Shown here: piece by piece, positions 29,571 to 39,616 of the stretch
Layout of the letters: each line of letters opens with the position of its first letter
How positions within the stretch are numbered: position 1 is the stretch's first letter
DNA from: Candidatus Pacearchaeota archaeon
GTDB lineage: Archaea; Nanobdellota; Nanobdellia; Pacearchaeales; JAPDKA01
Assembly (NCBI GenBank): GCA_038817835.1
Contig: JAWAZI010000003.1
Span: forward strand, 5,074-69,073
Length of the DNA stretch: 64,000 nucleotides
Direction of reading: 5' to 3'
Notes under the pieces: model-generated
What the model was told of the DNA's origin: nothing
What the model saw: the letters and a program-made list of their open reading frames with translations, nothing else
The model's database searches: none
Position numbers and translations under genes: made by a program

Positions 29571-30850
29571 GGAACCAATCTATCTCTATCTCTAGGAAAT
29601 AAACAAGCTTCCCTTATGTTATTTAAGTTTAATATAGCCATTGTTAATCTTTCTAATCCTATACTCCATCCAGAATGTGGTGGAGCCCCATACTTGAATG
29701 AGTTTATATAAAATTCAAAATTTTTTTCATTTAATCCATTTATCTTTATTCTTTCTTTTAATAGATTTGCTATATGTATTCTTTGTCCTCCACTCGAAAT
29801 TTCTAAACCATTTAGTATAGCATCAAAACCACAACTTAATTTTTCATTTTTTGGCATGATATAGAATGGTTTTAATGATATAGGCCAAGAATGTACGAAT
29901 ATAATACTATCTTTATATATTTCAGATAATTTTTTTTCAGCTTCATTAGTTAAATCTTCACCATAATTAATTTTTATTCCATTTTCATTTAAAATTTTTA
30001 TAGTTTCATCATAGCTTATATAAATCGCTTTTGGTACTTTTATTTTTTTATTCAATATTTCTAATTCTTCCTTACAATTTTTTTTAATTTCTTTTATTAT
30101 ATATTTTATACAATCTTCGAGTAATTTCATAACATCAAAATCATTTGCAAAAGCAACTTCGATATCCATTTGTCTTACTTCATTTAGATGTCTTATAGTA
30201 TTATGTTTTTCAGCTCTCCATACTGGTGTAGTACAAAAAACTTTTTCTAAGCTTATTGCCATTAATTGCTTGTATAGTTGGGGACTTTGAGCTAAAAAAG
30301 CTTTATTTTCGAAATATGAAACAGGAAATAACTCTGTTCCGCCTTCACTTGCAGCAGCAATAATGCTTGGTGGTTGAATTTCTATAAAATTTCTCTTAAA
30401 AAAGAAATTTCTAAAATAATTAATTATACAAGATTGAATTTTGAATATAGCCATTACATCTCTTTTTCTTACATCTAAATATCTATAATCAATTCTTTTT
30501 TGTAAATTTGTTTCAATTTTATCCTTTATTGGTATAGGTAAAATTTCAGCTTTATTTAAAATGTTTATTTCTTTTATTTCTATTTCTTTATCTTTTATAC
30601 TTACTAATTCACTTTTTACATCTGCTTTTTTTATTTTTCCTTTTACAGCTAATACACTTTCTAAACTTAACTCTTTAAATTTATCAAATAATTTTTCATC
30701 TTTTATTATACCTTGAATACTTCCTGTCGAGTCTCTTAATATAATAAATTTATTTTTCTTTAAATCTCTAAAATCTAAAATCCAGCCAAAAATCTCTATA
30801 TTGGAATTTTCTTTTAATTTTTTAATATCTTTTATGAAAATATTTTTCAT
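29567..30850 (-). CDS. aspS: aspartyl-tRNA synthetase (archaeal type)
   Basis: N-terminal OB anticodon-binding domain; QSPQLYKQ; class II motifs FCTTPVWRAE, GAPPHSGWSIGLERL, CLFPRDRDRLVP. Confidence 0.85.
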   Translation of the reverse strand: MKNIFIKDIKKLKENSNIEIFGWILDFRDLKKNKFIILRDSTGSIQGIIKDEKLFDKFKELSLESVLAVKGKIKKADVKSELVSIKDKEIEIKEINILNKAEILPIPIKDKIETNLQKRIDYRYLDVRKRDVMAIFKIQSCIINYFRNFFFKRNFIEIQPPSIIAAASEGGTELFPVSYFENKAFLAQSPQLYKQLMAISLEKVFCTTPVWRAEKHNTIRHLNEVRQMDIEVAFANDFDVMKLLEDCIKYIIKEIKKNCKEELEILNKKIKVPKAIYISYDETIKILNENGIKINYGEDLTNEAEKKLSEIYKDSIIFVHSWPISLKPFYIMPKNEKLSCGFDAILNGLEISSGGQRIHIANLLKERIKINGLNEKNFEFYINSFKYGAPPHSGWSIGLERLTMAILNLNNIREACLFPRDRDRLVP

Positions 30851-30882
30851 GAAATTAAAAATAAAGAATATTTTTAAATTTT

Positions 30883-31272
30883 TTATTCTAAACTTCTAAG
30901 TTTTTTTCTTATTTCTTCAAGTTCTTTCATCAAACTAATTTTTTTACTTATTTTTACTTTTTCAATTTTTTCTTTTTTCTTTTTTTCTTTCTTTATTACT
31001 ATTTCTTTTTCTTTTTTTACTTTTTCAATTTTTTTCTCTTCAGATTTTGGTAATGCATAATTAATTTCATCAAACCTTTTTTTTAAAATTAAAAATTTTT
31101 CATCGATTTTTTTTATTGCTATATCATCAATACGATTTGCTTCTTTTATTTCTTCAATAGAAGTTTGACATTTAATTAAACATTCCAAAATTCTATATAA
31201 TAATCTCTTTAATTCTTTTTCTTCTATATTATCTATTGATATAAATAAATTCTTTTCAATAGTTTCCCTCAT
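30883..31272 (-). CDS. coiled-coil Lys/Glu-rich hypothetical protein (129 aa)
   Basis: Heptad-rich sequence, no motif. Confidence 0.4.
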   Translation of the reverse strand: MRETIEKNLFISIDNIEEKELKRLLYRILECLIKCQTSIEEIKEANRIDDIAIKKIDEKFLILKKRFDEINYALPKSEEKKIEKVKKEKEIVIKKEKKKKEKIEKVKISKKISLMKELEEIRKKLRSLE

Positions 31273-31274
31273 TG

Positions 31275-31721
31275 TTATTTTATTTTAGAGAATAAAGTAT
31301 TTTCAATTTCACTTATTTTTCTTTTCATTTCTCCAAGTTCCTCATCTATTTTCTTAATTTCTTCTTCAAATTTAGTTCTATTTTCTTTTATTTTTGTTAA
31401 CTCCATTTCCATTTCCTCAATACTTTTTCCAAGTTTTTCTACAGCTTCAAGAACTTTCTTATATTTTGTAATTTTTACAAATATTGGTCCTTTTACTTCT
31501 TCTTTTTCTATTTCACTTTCTATCTCAGATTTTAATGGTGTTATTGGTGGTAATGGTTTTATTTCTGTTATTTCTTTTTCTGTTTCTAAAGGCGTTAATT
31601 CAGATTTGCTTATGTCTTTTATTTTTATTTCTGGAATTTCAGGGATTTCCGGAATTTTTAATTCTTCTAATCCAACTTTTGGTATTTCTTCTTTTTTCTT
31701 CTTTTTTCCGAAGATAACCAT
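31275..31721 (-). CDS. coiled-coil protein with PEI repeats (148 aa)
   Basis: N-terminal IPEIPEIPEI repeat, C-terminal coiled coil; 3-nt spacing to downstream gene. Confidence 0.4.
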   Translation of the reverse strand: MVIFGKKKKKEEIPKVGLEELKIPEIPEIPEIKIKDISKSELTPLETEKEITEIKPLPPITPLKSEIESEIEKEEVKGPIFVKITKYKKVLEAVEKLGKSIEEMEMELTKIKENRTKFEEEIKKIDEELGEMKRKISEIENTLFSKIK

Positions 31722-31844
31722 TTTAATTAATAAATTTTATATTTTTAAATAGTTTTTGTATAAACTCTGTAGTTATTATAAATTTTTATATTTTGAAATA
31801 AAATTTTAAAATAAATAAAAATAAATAAATAAAAATAGAAAAAT

Positions 31845-32519
31845 ATGAAAAAGAAAGATCTTAAGAAAAAGGTTAAAGATTCTATAAGAGAAGTTATTGA
31901 GTATTATGTTGGAAATTATGGTAATAAACTTGTTGATATTCTTTATAATAAAAAAAATATTAATGAATTCCTTATAGCAGAAAAAATAAAATTGAATATT
32001 CATCAAGTGAGAAATATGCTTTATAAACTTGCAGGTAAAAATTTAATTACTTTTTCTCGAAAGCATGATAAGAAGAGTGGATGGTATATTTATTATTGGA
32101 CATTGAGAGAAGAAAGAATCTTAGAAGAATTAAAGAATTTAAAATTAAAAAAAATGTATGAAATAGAAAATCAAATAAAAAGTAAACAATATTTTAATTT
32201 TTATATATGTCCAAATAAATGTGTAACAATGAAAGAAGAAACAGCATTATTACATAATTTTTTTTGTCCAGAGTGTGGTGAATTACTTTTATCAAAAGAT
32301 ACAAAAGAAGAAATAAAAAAATTAGAAGAAGAAAAGGAAAAAATAAAGAAATCATTAGAAAAGATTGACGAATTAATTTTAATTTATAAAAGAGAGAAAT
32401 CTAAAAAATTGGAAAAAAAGAAAAAACCAAAAATAAAAAAAATAAAAAAGAAAAGAAAGAAATTAAAAGTAAAGAAAAAGAATAAAGTAAAACCAAAAAA
32501 AAGAAAAATAAAAAAATGA
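31845..32519 (+). CDS. tfe: transcription factor E (TFE alpha, TFIIE-alpha homolog) with Lys-rich tail
   Basis: Winged-helix N-domain (IAEKIKLNIHQVRNMLYKLAGKNLI) followed by zinc ribbon CPNKC...CPECG. Confidence 0.7.
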   Translation: MKKKDLKKKVKDSIREVIEYYVGNYGNKLVDILYNKKNINEFLIAEKIKLNIHQVRNMLYKLAGKNLITFSRKHDKKSGWYIYYWTLREERILEELKNLKLKKMYEIENQIKSKQYFNFYICPNKCVTMKEETALLHNFFCPECGELLLSKDTKEEIKKLEEEKEKIKKSLEKIDELILIYKREKSKKLEKKKKPKIKKIKKKRKKLKVKKKNKVKPKKRKIKK

Positions 32520-33163
32520 AAAAAAATAAAAAATTTTCTTTTACTCTTTCAATTTTAATTATAAATTTAATTTTTTATCTTATCTTTCTTGTTGCTTTTT
32601 ATTTAAATAGAAATTTTATAGATTATATTGCACTAAAACCAGCAAATATAGTTAAAGGAAAATATTTATGGACTATAGTTACTAGTATGTTTGCTCATAG
32701 TCCGGCAAGTGTTTTTCATATTTTTGCTAATATGATCAGTTTAATTTTTATTGGTAGTTTTCTCGAGAGAATAATTGGTAGAAAAAGATTTATTTTTATT
32801 TATTTAATTTCAGGTATTATAGCCAATTTATTTTTTATTTTGTTTTCTTTAATTTTTAAAAATGAATTTAATGCTTATGCATTAGGTGCAAGTGGTGCTA
32901 TATTTGGTTTGATAGGAGTTGTTATACTTTTGACACCAAAACTAAAAGTTTTTGTTTTTCCTATACCTTTTCCTTTACCAATATGGATTGCTAGTTTAAT
33001 AGCTTTATTTGGTTTATGGATAATAAGCATAATTGCAGGTTTACCTATAGGAAATACTGCACATTTAGGGGGCTTTATAACAGGAATTTTTTATGGTTTA
33101 TATTTGAGAATGAAATATAAAAGAAAAGTTGCTTTATTAAATAAATATCTTGGAGTAAAATAA
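32516..33163 (+). CDS. rhomboid-family intramembrane serine protease
   Basis: GASGAIFGL (GxSG) and AHLGGFITG catalytic His helix; 6 TM. Confidence 0.8.
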   Translation: MKKNKKFSFTLSILIINLIFYLIFLVAFYLNRNFIDYIALKPANIVKGKYLWTIVTSMFAHSPASVFHIFANMISLIFIGSFLERIIGRKRFIFIYLISGIIANLFFILFSLIFKNEFNAYALGASGAIFGLIGVVILLTPKLKVFVFPIPFPLPIWIASLIALFGLWIISIIAGLPIGNTAHLGGFITGIFYGLYLRMKYKRKVALLNKYLGVK

Positions 33164-34525
33164 TTAAATCTTTATTGTCATAAATTCTTCAACTAAAACT
33201 TTTTTTAATACATTTAAAAATTCTTCTTCTTGTGAAAATTTTATTAAAGCTCCTGCAGCATTTTCATGTCCACCATATTCAAAATCAAGATTGCTTTTTT
33301 TCTTTATTTTTTCTAATATCTTTGTTACATTTCTTGTTTTACTTCTTAAAGAAACTTTTATGCAGTCCTCTCTATAAGCTAAAGCTATTATAATAAAATC
33401 ATTAAAATCTAAAGAATTTATAAACATACTTGCTATAGTACCTATCAATTCAGGATTTACTTTATCTTTTAAATTAACTATTAAAAAATTTTCATCTTTT
33501 ATTTTTTTTATTTCTTTTTCAAAATATTTAATACCTTTAATTATTTCGTATCTATATTTTATGTATATTTCATCTGCAATCTCTTTTGATTTTCTTTTTC
33601 CTAGTAAAAAACTTAAAGCTATATATCCTTTATTTAAACTTCCACAGGCATTAATTAAAGTAGCAATCTCTCTAGCATCTTCTATTTTTTCAAAAATATT
33701 TATCAAATATACATTTCCTAAAATATCAATATCCCTATTGTCCATTATTCTTAAAGTAGCAATTGCTGTAATAAGCTTAGAAATTTCATCATTACTTAAA
33801 TCATTTAAACTTCTAATTTTTCCATTTATTTTTGTTTCTATTTTTAATTGTTCTAGAAAATTGAAAACATTTTTTATTTTTCCAGTTATTCCTGGAATAT
33901 ATATATTGCTATATTCTAATGCTTTATATAATGGTCTAGTATAAGAAAAAACTTTTAAACCTTTTTTGATTATGAAACTATTTTCACTTTCTTTCAAAAA
34001 TAAATTACTTAATTTGCTTAGATTTTTGTCTAAATTATCTCCTATCAATCCAAGTAAAGCGATTTTTTGAAATTGTTGTTTTTTTTCTTTATCAAATTCT
34101 CTTAAATTTGAAACAAAAAAATATGTTAATATACTCGCACTTGTTTGATAATCATCATTAAATAATCTATAATTTATTAAATTTATATTATCTTTTTTTA
34201 CTTCTCCTTCAATATAGTGATGATCTATAATAAAAATTGGAGTTTCAAATTCATCGAATAAATTTAAAAAATTTGATCCAAAATCTAAAAAGAAAATTGC
34301 TGAAAAATTTTTACTTTCTTTTTTTATATTTTCAATTTCTTCAGCTTTTAAATTTTTTAAAATTCTTACAAAAAATTTTTTATCTAAACTTAAAAAAACT
34401 TTTGCTATAATTGCAGCAGAACAAATTCCATCAGTATCATTATGGCAATAGATTGCTATTAATTTTTTATTTTCAATTTGATTAAACTTTTTTGCTATAT
34501 CTTTTATATATTCTAAAATTTCCAT
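33164..34525 (-). CDS. DHH/DHHA1 phosphoesterase (RecJ-like / GAN nuclease family)
   Basis: DHH motifs HNDTDG, IIDHH, and DHHA1 GGHENAAG. Confidence 0.7.
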   Translation of the reverse strand: MEILEYIKDIAKKFNQIENKKLIAIYCHNDTDGICSAAIIAKVFLSLDKKFFVRILKNLKAEEIENIKKESKNFSAIFFLDFGSNFLNLFDEFETPIFIIDHHYIEGEVKKDNINLINYRLFNDDYQTSASILTYFFVSNLREFDKEKKQQFQKIALLGLIGDNLDKNLSKLSNLFLKESENSFIIKKGLKVFSYTRPLYKALEYSNIYIPGITGKIKNVFNFLEQLKIETKINGKIRSLNDLSNDEISKLITAIATLRIMDNRDIDILGNVYLINIFEKIEDAREIATLINACGSLNKGYIALSFLLGKRKSKEIADEIYIKYRYEIIKGIKYFEKEIKKIKDENFLIVNLKDKVNPELIGTIASMFINSLDFNDFIIIALAYREDCIKVSLRSKTRNVTKILEKIKKKSNLDFEYGGHENAAGALIKFSQEEEFLNVLKKVLVEEFMTIKI

Positions 34526-34581
34526 AAAATTTATTTCTGAAAATATTTTTAAAAATTATTGTAGAAAATTATAATTAATCA

Positions 34582-34959
34582 TTAATAATTTGGAACAAAA
34601 TTTTTATCTAATATACCTTTTCTTTTATAATAATTTGTTAATATTCTTATTCTTGCTTCTAATATTTGCATAGCTCTTTTTGCTACATAATCATGTTTAT
34701 TTTTTTCAAAATGTTTTTTTAAATTTTTCATTTTTTTAATTAAATTTTCTAAATCAGATGGAAAATATTGAATATTATTCTCTCTTAAAATTTTTACCAC
34801 TTTCTTATTTATTATTTCCTTCAATTTTTTATTATATTTTTCTTTTATTATTTTCCCTATTTCATCAGATTTGTATCCTTGTTTATAAAGTTCAATAACT
34901 TCTTTTTCTATATTTTCTTTCTTTATCTTTTCTTTATTTTTACTTTTTTTATTTTTCAT
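34582..34959 (-). CDS. rps15: 30S ribosomal protein S15 (S13e)
   Basis: C-terminal KHDYVAKRAMQILEARIRILTNYYKRKG matches S15 HDxxxKRxL...R..L..Y signature. Confidence 0.7.
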   Translation of the reverse strand: MKNKKSKNKEKIKKENIEKEVIELYKQGYKSDEIGKIIKEKYNKKLKEIINKKVVKILRENNIQYFPSDLENLIKKMKNLKKHFEKNKHDYVAKRAMQILEARIRILTNYYKRKGILDKNFVPNY

Positions 34960-34994
34960 TATTGTTTATCAAATAAAATTTTATAAATTTTTAG

Positions 34995-35067
34995 TAGCCC
35001 CGCCCGGATTCGAACCGGGGTCACAGGCTCCAAAGGCCTGTATGCTTGACCGCTACACCACGGGGCT
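34995..35067 (-). tRNA. tRNA-Gln (anticodon UUG)
   Basis: Reverse complement agccccgtggtgtagcggtcaagcatacaggcctttggagcctgtgaccccggttcgaatccgggcggggcta; anticodon loop ctttgga. Confidence 0.8.
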
Positions 35068-35134
35068 ATATTGTTGGGCTATATTATTATATAAAAAATT
35101 AAACTTAAAAAAATATCGGAGATAATTTAATTTG

Positions 35135-35749
35135 CTATAGATTTTTTCCTTTATACCTTCTTCTTAATTCAACTTTTTTTAATTGTTCTTTTATTTTTTC
35201 ATTTTGTTCAACAAAATTAAAATAAGAATTTAATATTAATTTGCTTATTTCTTCATAAATTGAAAAATGTTTACTTTTTAATGCTTGTAAAAGTAAATAT
35301 ATATCTACAGCTTTATCTTCTATTCTATTACTATGGAATGCTAAACCAAAATCTATAAAGAATACTTTATCATTATTGAGAATCATATTACTTGTTGTTA
35401 AATCCCCATGAATTATATTTGCATTATGTAATTTTGCAATAGCTTTTCCTATTTTTTCAGCAACATTTTTTATTTCATCTTTTTTTAATTTTTCAAACCA
35501 ATCACTAAGTTTTTTACCTTCAATAAAATCCATAACTATTATAGCTTTTTTTTCATCAACTTTATGAACTTTTGGAACATCGATTAAATAAGATGCTTTC
35601 TCTAATATTCTTGCTTCTCTCCTTGTTCTATATTTTCTTAAATTAAAATCTAAAATTCTATTTCTATAATCTTTTTTAATTCTTTTTTTTATTAATTTAT
35701 TATTTTTTTTGTATAATACTGCTTCAGCACCAATTGCTATAATTTTCAT
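35135..35749 (-). CDS. bud32: KEOPS kinase Bud32 (PRPK/RIO-like atypical kinase)
   Basis: 204 aa; IHGDLTTSNMIL catalytic loop, FIDFGLAF DFG-like; typical Bud32 size. Confidence 0.75.
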   Translation of the reverse strand: MKIIAIGAEAVLYKKNNKLIKKRIKKDYRNRILDFNLRKYRTRREARILEKASYLIDVPKVHKVDEKKAIIVMDFIEGKKLSDWFEKLKKDEIKNVAEKIGKAIAKLHNANIIHGDLTTSNMILNNDKVFFIDFGLAFHSNRIEDKAVDIYLLLQALKSKHFSIYEEISKLILNSYFNFVEQNEKIKEQLKKVELRRRYKGKNL

Positions 35750-36345
35750 CTTATTATTACAATTTTATTTTTTCCCAATTTTTTTGCTTTATATAATGCT
35801 TTATCAGCTTTTTCTAAAGCTTCATTTATATTCCCTTTAAATTCAGATATACCAATACTTACTGAAACTTTTTCATAACCTTGAGGCAAATTTTTTCTTA
35901 CAGGTTTTATTTCTATATTGTTTATTATTTCTCTTATTCTTTTTGCTACATTTAATGCTTTAGCTGCATTTGTTTCTGGTAAAACAATTAAAAATTCTTC
36001 ACCTCCAAATCTAACTGCAAAATCTTCTTTCCTTATATTTTTTATTATTACTCCTGTAACAGTTTTTAGTGCTTCATCTCCTTGAAGATGGCCAAATTTA
36101 TCATTATATTTTTTAAAATCATCAATATCAATTAACATAATAGAAAAAGTTTTTTTATGTCTAATTGCTCTTGAAACTTCTTTTCCTAATATATCATTTA
36201 ACAAAGATTTATTCCATAAACCAGTTAAAACATCATGAGTAGCATAAAAATATAATTGTTCAAATAATTTTGATAAAAATTTTTCTTTATGTTTTTGTTC
36301 TAATTTTTTAATTTCTTTTTTAATTTTTTTTATATCAATTGGCAT
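35746..36345 (-). CDS. GGDEF-domain diguanylate cyclase (stand-alone, 199 aa)
   Basis: DVLTGLWNKSLL...SIMLIDIDDFKKYNDKFGHLQGDEAL...RFGGEEFLIVL with intact GGEEF active site and RxxD (RKED) I-site 5 residues upstream; 4-nt overlap with bud32. Confidence 0.8.
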   Translation of the reverse strand: MPIDIKKIKKEIKKLEQKHKEKFLSKLFEQLYFYATHDVLTGLWNKSLLNDILGKEVSRAIRHKKTFSIMLIDIDDFKKYNDKFGHLQGDEALKTVTGVIIKNIRKEDFAVRFGGEEFLIVLPETNAAKALNVAKRIREIINNIEIKPVRKNLPQGYEKVSVSIGISEFKGNINEALEKADKALYKAKKLGKNKIVIIR

Positions 36346-36381
36346 AATAAAATTTATATTCTAAAATTAAAAAATTTTTAT

Positions 36382-38952
36382 ATGGATAAAAAAATTTTAT
36401 TAGAGAATTTGCAAAAAAATTGGGAAAAGTATTGGAAAGTAGATCTTTTTAATGATGGATGGATAAGACAAAGATGTAAGAAATGTGGGAAATATTTTTG
36501 GGCAAAAGAAAGACAAGATTATTGTAATGATTCTAGTTGTGTTGGTTATAGATTCATTGATGAAAATTATAGTAATCTTAAAGCTATAGATTATATTGAA
36601 ACTTGGGAAAAAATAAAAAATTTTTTTATTAAGAAAGGACATAAAGCATTAAAGAGTTATCCAATAGTCTGTAGATGGTTTCCAGGTTTATATTTTACTA
36701 TAGCCTCTATAGTTGCTTTTCAAAGAAAAACAAATGGAAAAACAGTATTCAATTTTCCTGCAAATCCTTTAATAATCCCACAATTTTGTTTAAGATTTAA
36801 TGATATTGAGAAAGTTGGTTTTTCTGGAAGACATGCAACAGCTTTTGTTATGGTTGGTCAACATAGTTTATATAATGGAAAAAAGGGATACTGGAAAGAT
36901 GAAGCAATAAATTTAGATTATGAATTATTAACTAAAGTTTTTAAAATTAGGCCAGATGCTATAACATTTATTGAAGATGTCTGGATTGGAGAAGGAGCTT
37001 TTGGCTATAGCCTAGAATATTTTGTTTATGGTTTAGAGCTAGGGAATTGTGTATTTACAGAATTTTTGGGAAATATTGATAATTACCAATTAATGAAGGA
37101 AAAAGTAATAGATATGGGTGCAGGATTAGAAAGATTTAGTTGGATAATAAATAAAACTTTAACCCAATATGATTCTGTTTACAAGAAACAACTTAAATTT
37201 TTGAGCAATTATTATGATTATGATGAAGATCTTGTTAAAAAATTTATAAAAAATATTTCTCTTGTAGATTTTGATAAATTTTTAATACATGAAACCATTG
37301 ATAAAATTTTAGATAAAATAAAAATAAATAGAGAAATTTATAATAAAAAAATTCTTCCAAGAATATCTGCTTATATTATTTGTGATCATTTGAGGACTTT
37401 AGTTTTAGCTTTAAGTGATTATGCAATTCCAAGTAATGTTGGTGGTGGATATAATTTAAGAACAATTTTGAGAAGAATTTTAAATTATAAATCAAACCTA
37501 GATGATTTTGATATATTTAAATTAGTTAAATATGAAATTTCTACAATAAAAAAATTTAAAAAAATTCCAAAAGATATTATCACTTTTTTTGCTGAAATAT
37601 TTGAAAGAGAAAAAAATAAATTTGAAGAAAACAAAGAAAAAGCAGAAGCAATTACAAAAAAAATTATTCTTGAAATTAAAGAAAAAAATCAAAAAATTAT
37701 AGATGCAGAAAAATTACTTCTGTTGTATCAGAGTTATGGTATATATCCAGAAAGTATAGAAAAAATAGCAGATAAAGAAGGATTAATTTTAGAAATAGAG
37801 AAATTTAGGGAGATATTAGAAAAATTAAAAAAAAGAAGTAAAGAAATAAAAGAGAAATGGCAAGAAGAAATTGATAATTTAATTGAAAAAAATGAAATTA
37901 CCTCTACAAATCTTTTATATTATGATAATCCCCTATTACTTGAAACAAATTCAAGAGTTATTAAACAATTTAGTTATGACGGAAAATTTTGTCTGATTAC
38001 AGAGTCAACTATATTCTATCCTGAAGGTGGAGGTCAAGTTGCTGATAGTGGATTTATTAATGATGCAAAAGTTTTAGATGTTAAAAAATATAAAGGAATT
38101 GTAGTTCATTTTTTAGATAGGCCTATAAAAACTAATGATGTCTATCTTAAAGTTGATGGAGAAAGAAGAATGCAAATTAGACAACATCATACATCATTAC
38201 ATATTTTAAATTATGCTGCAAGAAAAATTTTAGGAAACCATATATGGCAAGCTGGAAGTTACGTTGATGATAACTATGCAACTTTAGATGTTTCTCATTA
38301 CAAAAAACCAAATTTAGAAGAAATTGAAGAGATTGAAAAATTAGTTAATGATATTATAAAGAAAAATATTGATATAAAATTTGAATGGTTAAAGAGAGAA
38401 AAAGCAGAAAAAAAATATGGTTTTAGAATTTATCAAGGTGGGGCAATTCCTAGTGAAAATTTAAGAATTGTTAATATAGGGGATTTTGAAATTGAAGCTT
38501 GTGGAGGATTACATTTAACAAATACTTCTCAAGCAGAAATTTTTAAGATTATTAATGTAGAAAAAATATCTGATGGTGTTATAAGATTTAAAATTGTTGC
38601 TGGTAAAAAAGCAAAATCGATAGAAGATGAAAAAGAAATAGTTGATGAATTAGTAAAAATTTTAAATGTTACTAGAGAGGAAGTTATTGACGCAGTTGAA
38701 ACTGTTTTTAATAGATGGAAAAAATTGAGAAAAGCATTAAGAAAATCAAAAAAACCTTTTGAGCTAGAATTTTGGCAAGAATTTATAAAAAAATATAAAT
38801 TTAAAAAAATTCCTTTAGAAGATAGAAAAATTGTTGAGAAACTATTAAATTTTTTAAATATACAAAAAAATTATCTCATTGTAAATGTTAAAAAATTTGT
38901 TGAGCAGCATGACGAAATTATAAAAGAATTAAAAAAATTGAACGAAAATTAA
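36382..38952 (+). CDS. alaS: alanyl-tRNA synthetase (archaeal type)
   Basis: N-terminal zinc-ribbon-like RQRCKKCGKYFWAKE; editing domain HxxxH (HHTSLHILNYAARK) and CGGLH. Confidence 0.85.
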   Translation: MDKKILLENLQKNWEKYWKVDLFNDGWIRQRCKKCGKYFWAKERQDYCNDSSCVGYRFIDENYSNLKAIDYIETWEKIKNFFIKKGHKALKSYPIVCRWFPGLYFTIASIVAFQRKTNGKTVFNFPANPLIIPQFCLRFNDIEKVGFSGRHATAFVMVGQHSLYNGKKGYWKDEAINLDYELLTKVFKIRPDAITFIEDVWIGEGAFGYSLEYFVYGLELGNCVFTEFLGNIDNYQLMKEKVIDMGAGLERFSWIINKTLTQYDSVYKKQLKFLSNYYDYDEDLVKKFIKNISLVDFDKFLIHETIDKILDKIKINREIYNKKILPRISAYIICDHLRTLVLALSDYAIPSNVGGGYNLRTILRRILNYKSNLDDFDIFKLVKYEISTIKKFKKIPKDIITFFAEIFEREKNKFEENKEKAEAITKKIILEIKEKNQKIIDAEKLLLLYQSYGIYPESIEKIADKEGLILEIEKFREILEKLKKRSKEIKEKWQEEIDNLIEKNEITSTNLLYYDNPLLLETNSRVIKQFSYDGKFCLITESTIFYPEGGGQVADSGFINDAKVLDVKKYKGIVVHFLDRPIKTNDVYLKVDGERRMQIRQHHTSLHILNYAARKILGNHIWQAGSYVDDNYATLDVSHYKKPNLEEIEEIEKLVNDIIKKNIDIKFEWLKREKAEKKYGFRIYQGGAIPSENLRIVNIGDFEIEACGGLHLTNTSQAEIFKIINVEKISDGVIRFKIVAGKKAKSIEDEKEIVDELVKILNVTREEVIDAVETVFNRWKKLRKALRKSKKPFELEFWQEFIKKYKFKKIPLEDRKIVEKLLNFLNIQKNYLIVNVKKFVEQHDEIIKELKKLNEN

Positions 38953-39001
38953 ATTTTTATTTTGTGTAAATTTTATAAAGAAAAAATTTTAAAATAATTT
39001 A

Positions 39002-39616
39002 ATGAAAAAAAATAAAGCACAATTTTTTATTATTGCAGCAATTTTTGGAGTTATAGTAATATTTAGTTTTTTTGGTTTAGTTGTTTATAAAAAAATATCC
39101 CAACCTGAAAAAATTTATGATCTTGGAAAAAATTTTAAGTTTGAAGTTATAGAAACAATTGCAAAAGGGAAAATAAAAGTTTTTGGTGGAAATGAAGATA
39201 TTTTGATTAATTATTTAGATAATATAACTCATGAGTATCTTAAATATTCATTGACAGAAGATCCAAATGTAGAAATAATTTATATTTATGGAAATAAATC
39301 AAATATAGTTGTATATAATTTTGGAAATGAAGAATTATATGTATTAAATGATTCTCAAGAAGTTAGAGTTGAAGGTGGAAGGAAAAATATAAGTAATACG
39401 CTAAGCTTAGTAGAAATAAAAAGAACTGTTATTCAAGAAGCAGAAAGTTACTATGGGTCATTAGATAATATAAGAAAATTTTTTTATGATATGGATAAAA
39501 TAATAATAAATATTTCAAATAAAATTTATACATTTGAAATAGGCAATGAGGATAATTTTTATATTATATTAAAAACAAAAAGACAAAACGAGACTTTTAT
39601 GGCTTTTGAAAAATGA
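39002..39616 (+). CDS. prepilin-like protein with class III-type signal peptide (204 aa)
   Basis: MKKNKA|QFFIIAAIFGVIVIFSFFGLVVY. Confidence 0.45.
   Translation: MKKNKAQFFIIAAIFGVIVIFSFFGLVVYKKISQPEKIYDLGKNFKFEVIETIAKGKIKVFGGNEDILINYLDNITHEYLKYSLTEDPNVEIIYIYGNKSNIVVYNFGNEELYVLNDSQEVRVEGGRKNISNTLSLVEIKRTVIQEAESYYGSLDNIRKFFYDMDKIIINISNKIYTFEIGNEDNFYIILKTKRQNETFMAFEK

Noticed and set aside
31484-32006. Track ORFs 31484..31717 (+) and 31806..32006 (-)
   Set aside because: Low-complexity Leu/Phe-rich translations antisense to, or overlapping, well-supported genes (coiled-coil gene, tfe start region). Typical AT-rich spurious ORFs.
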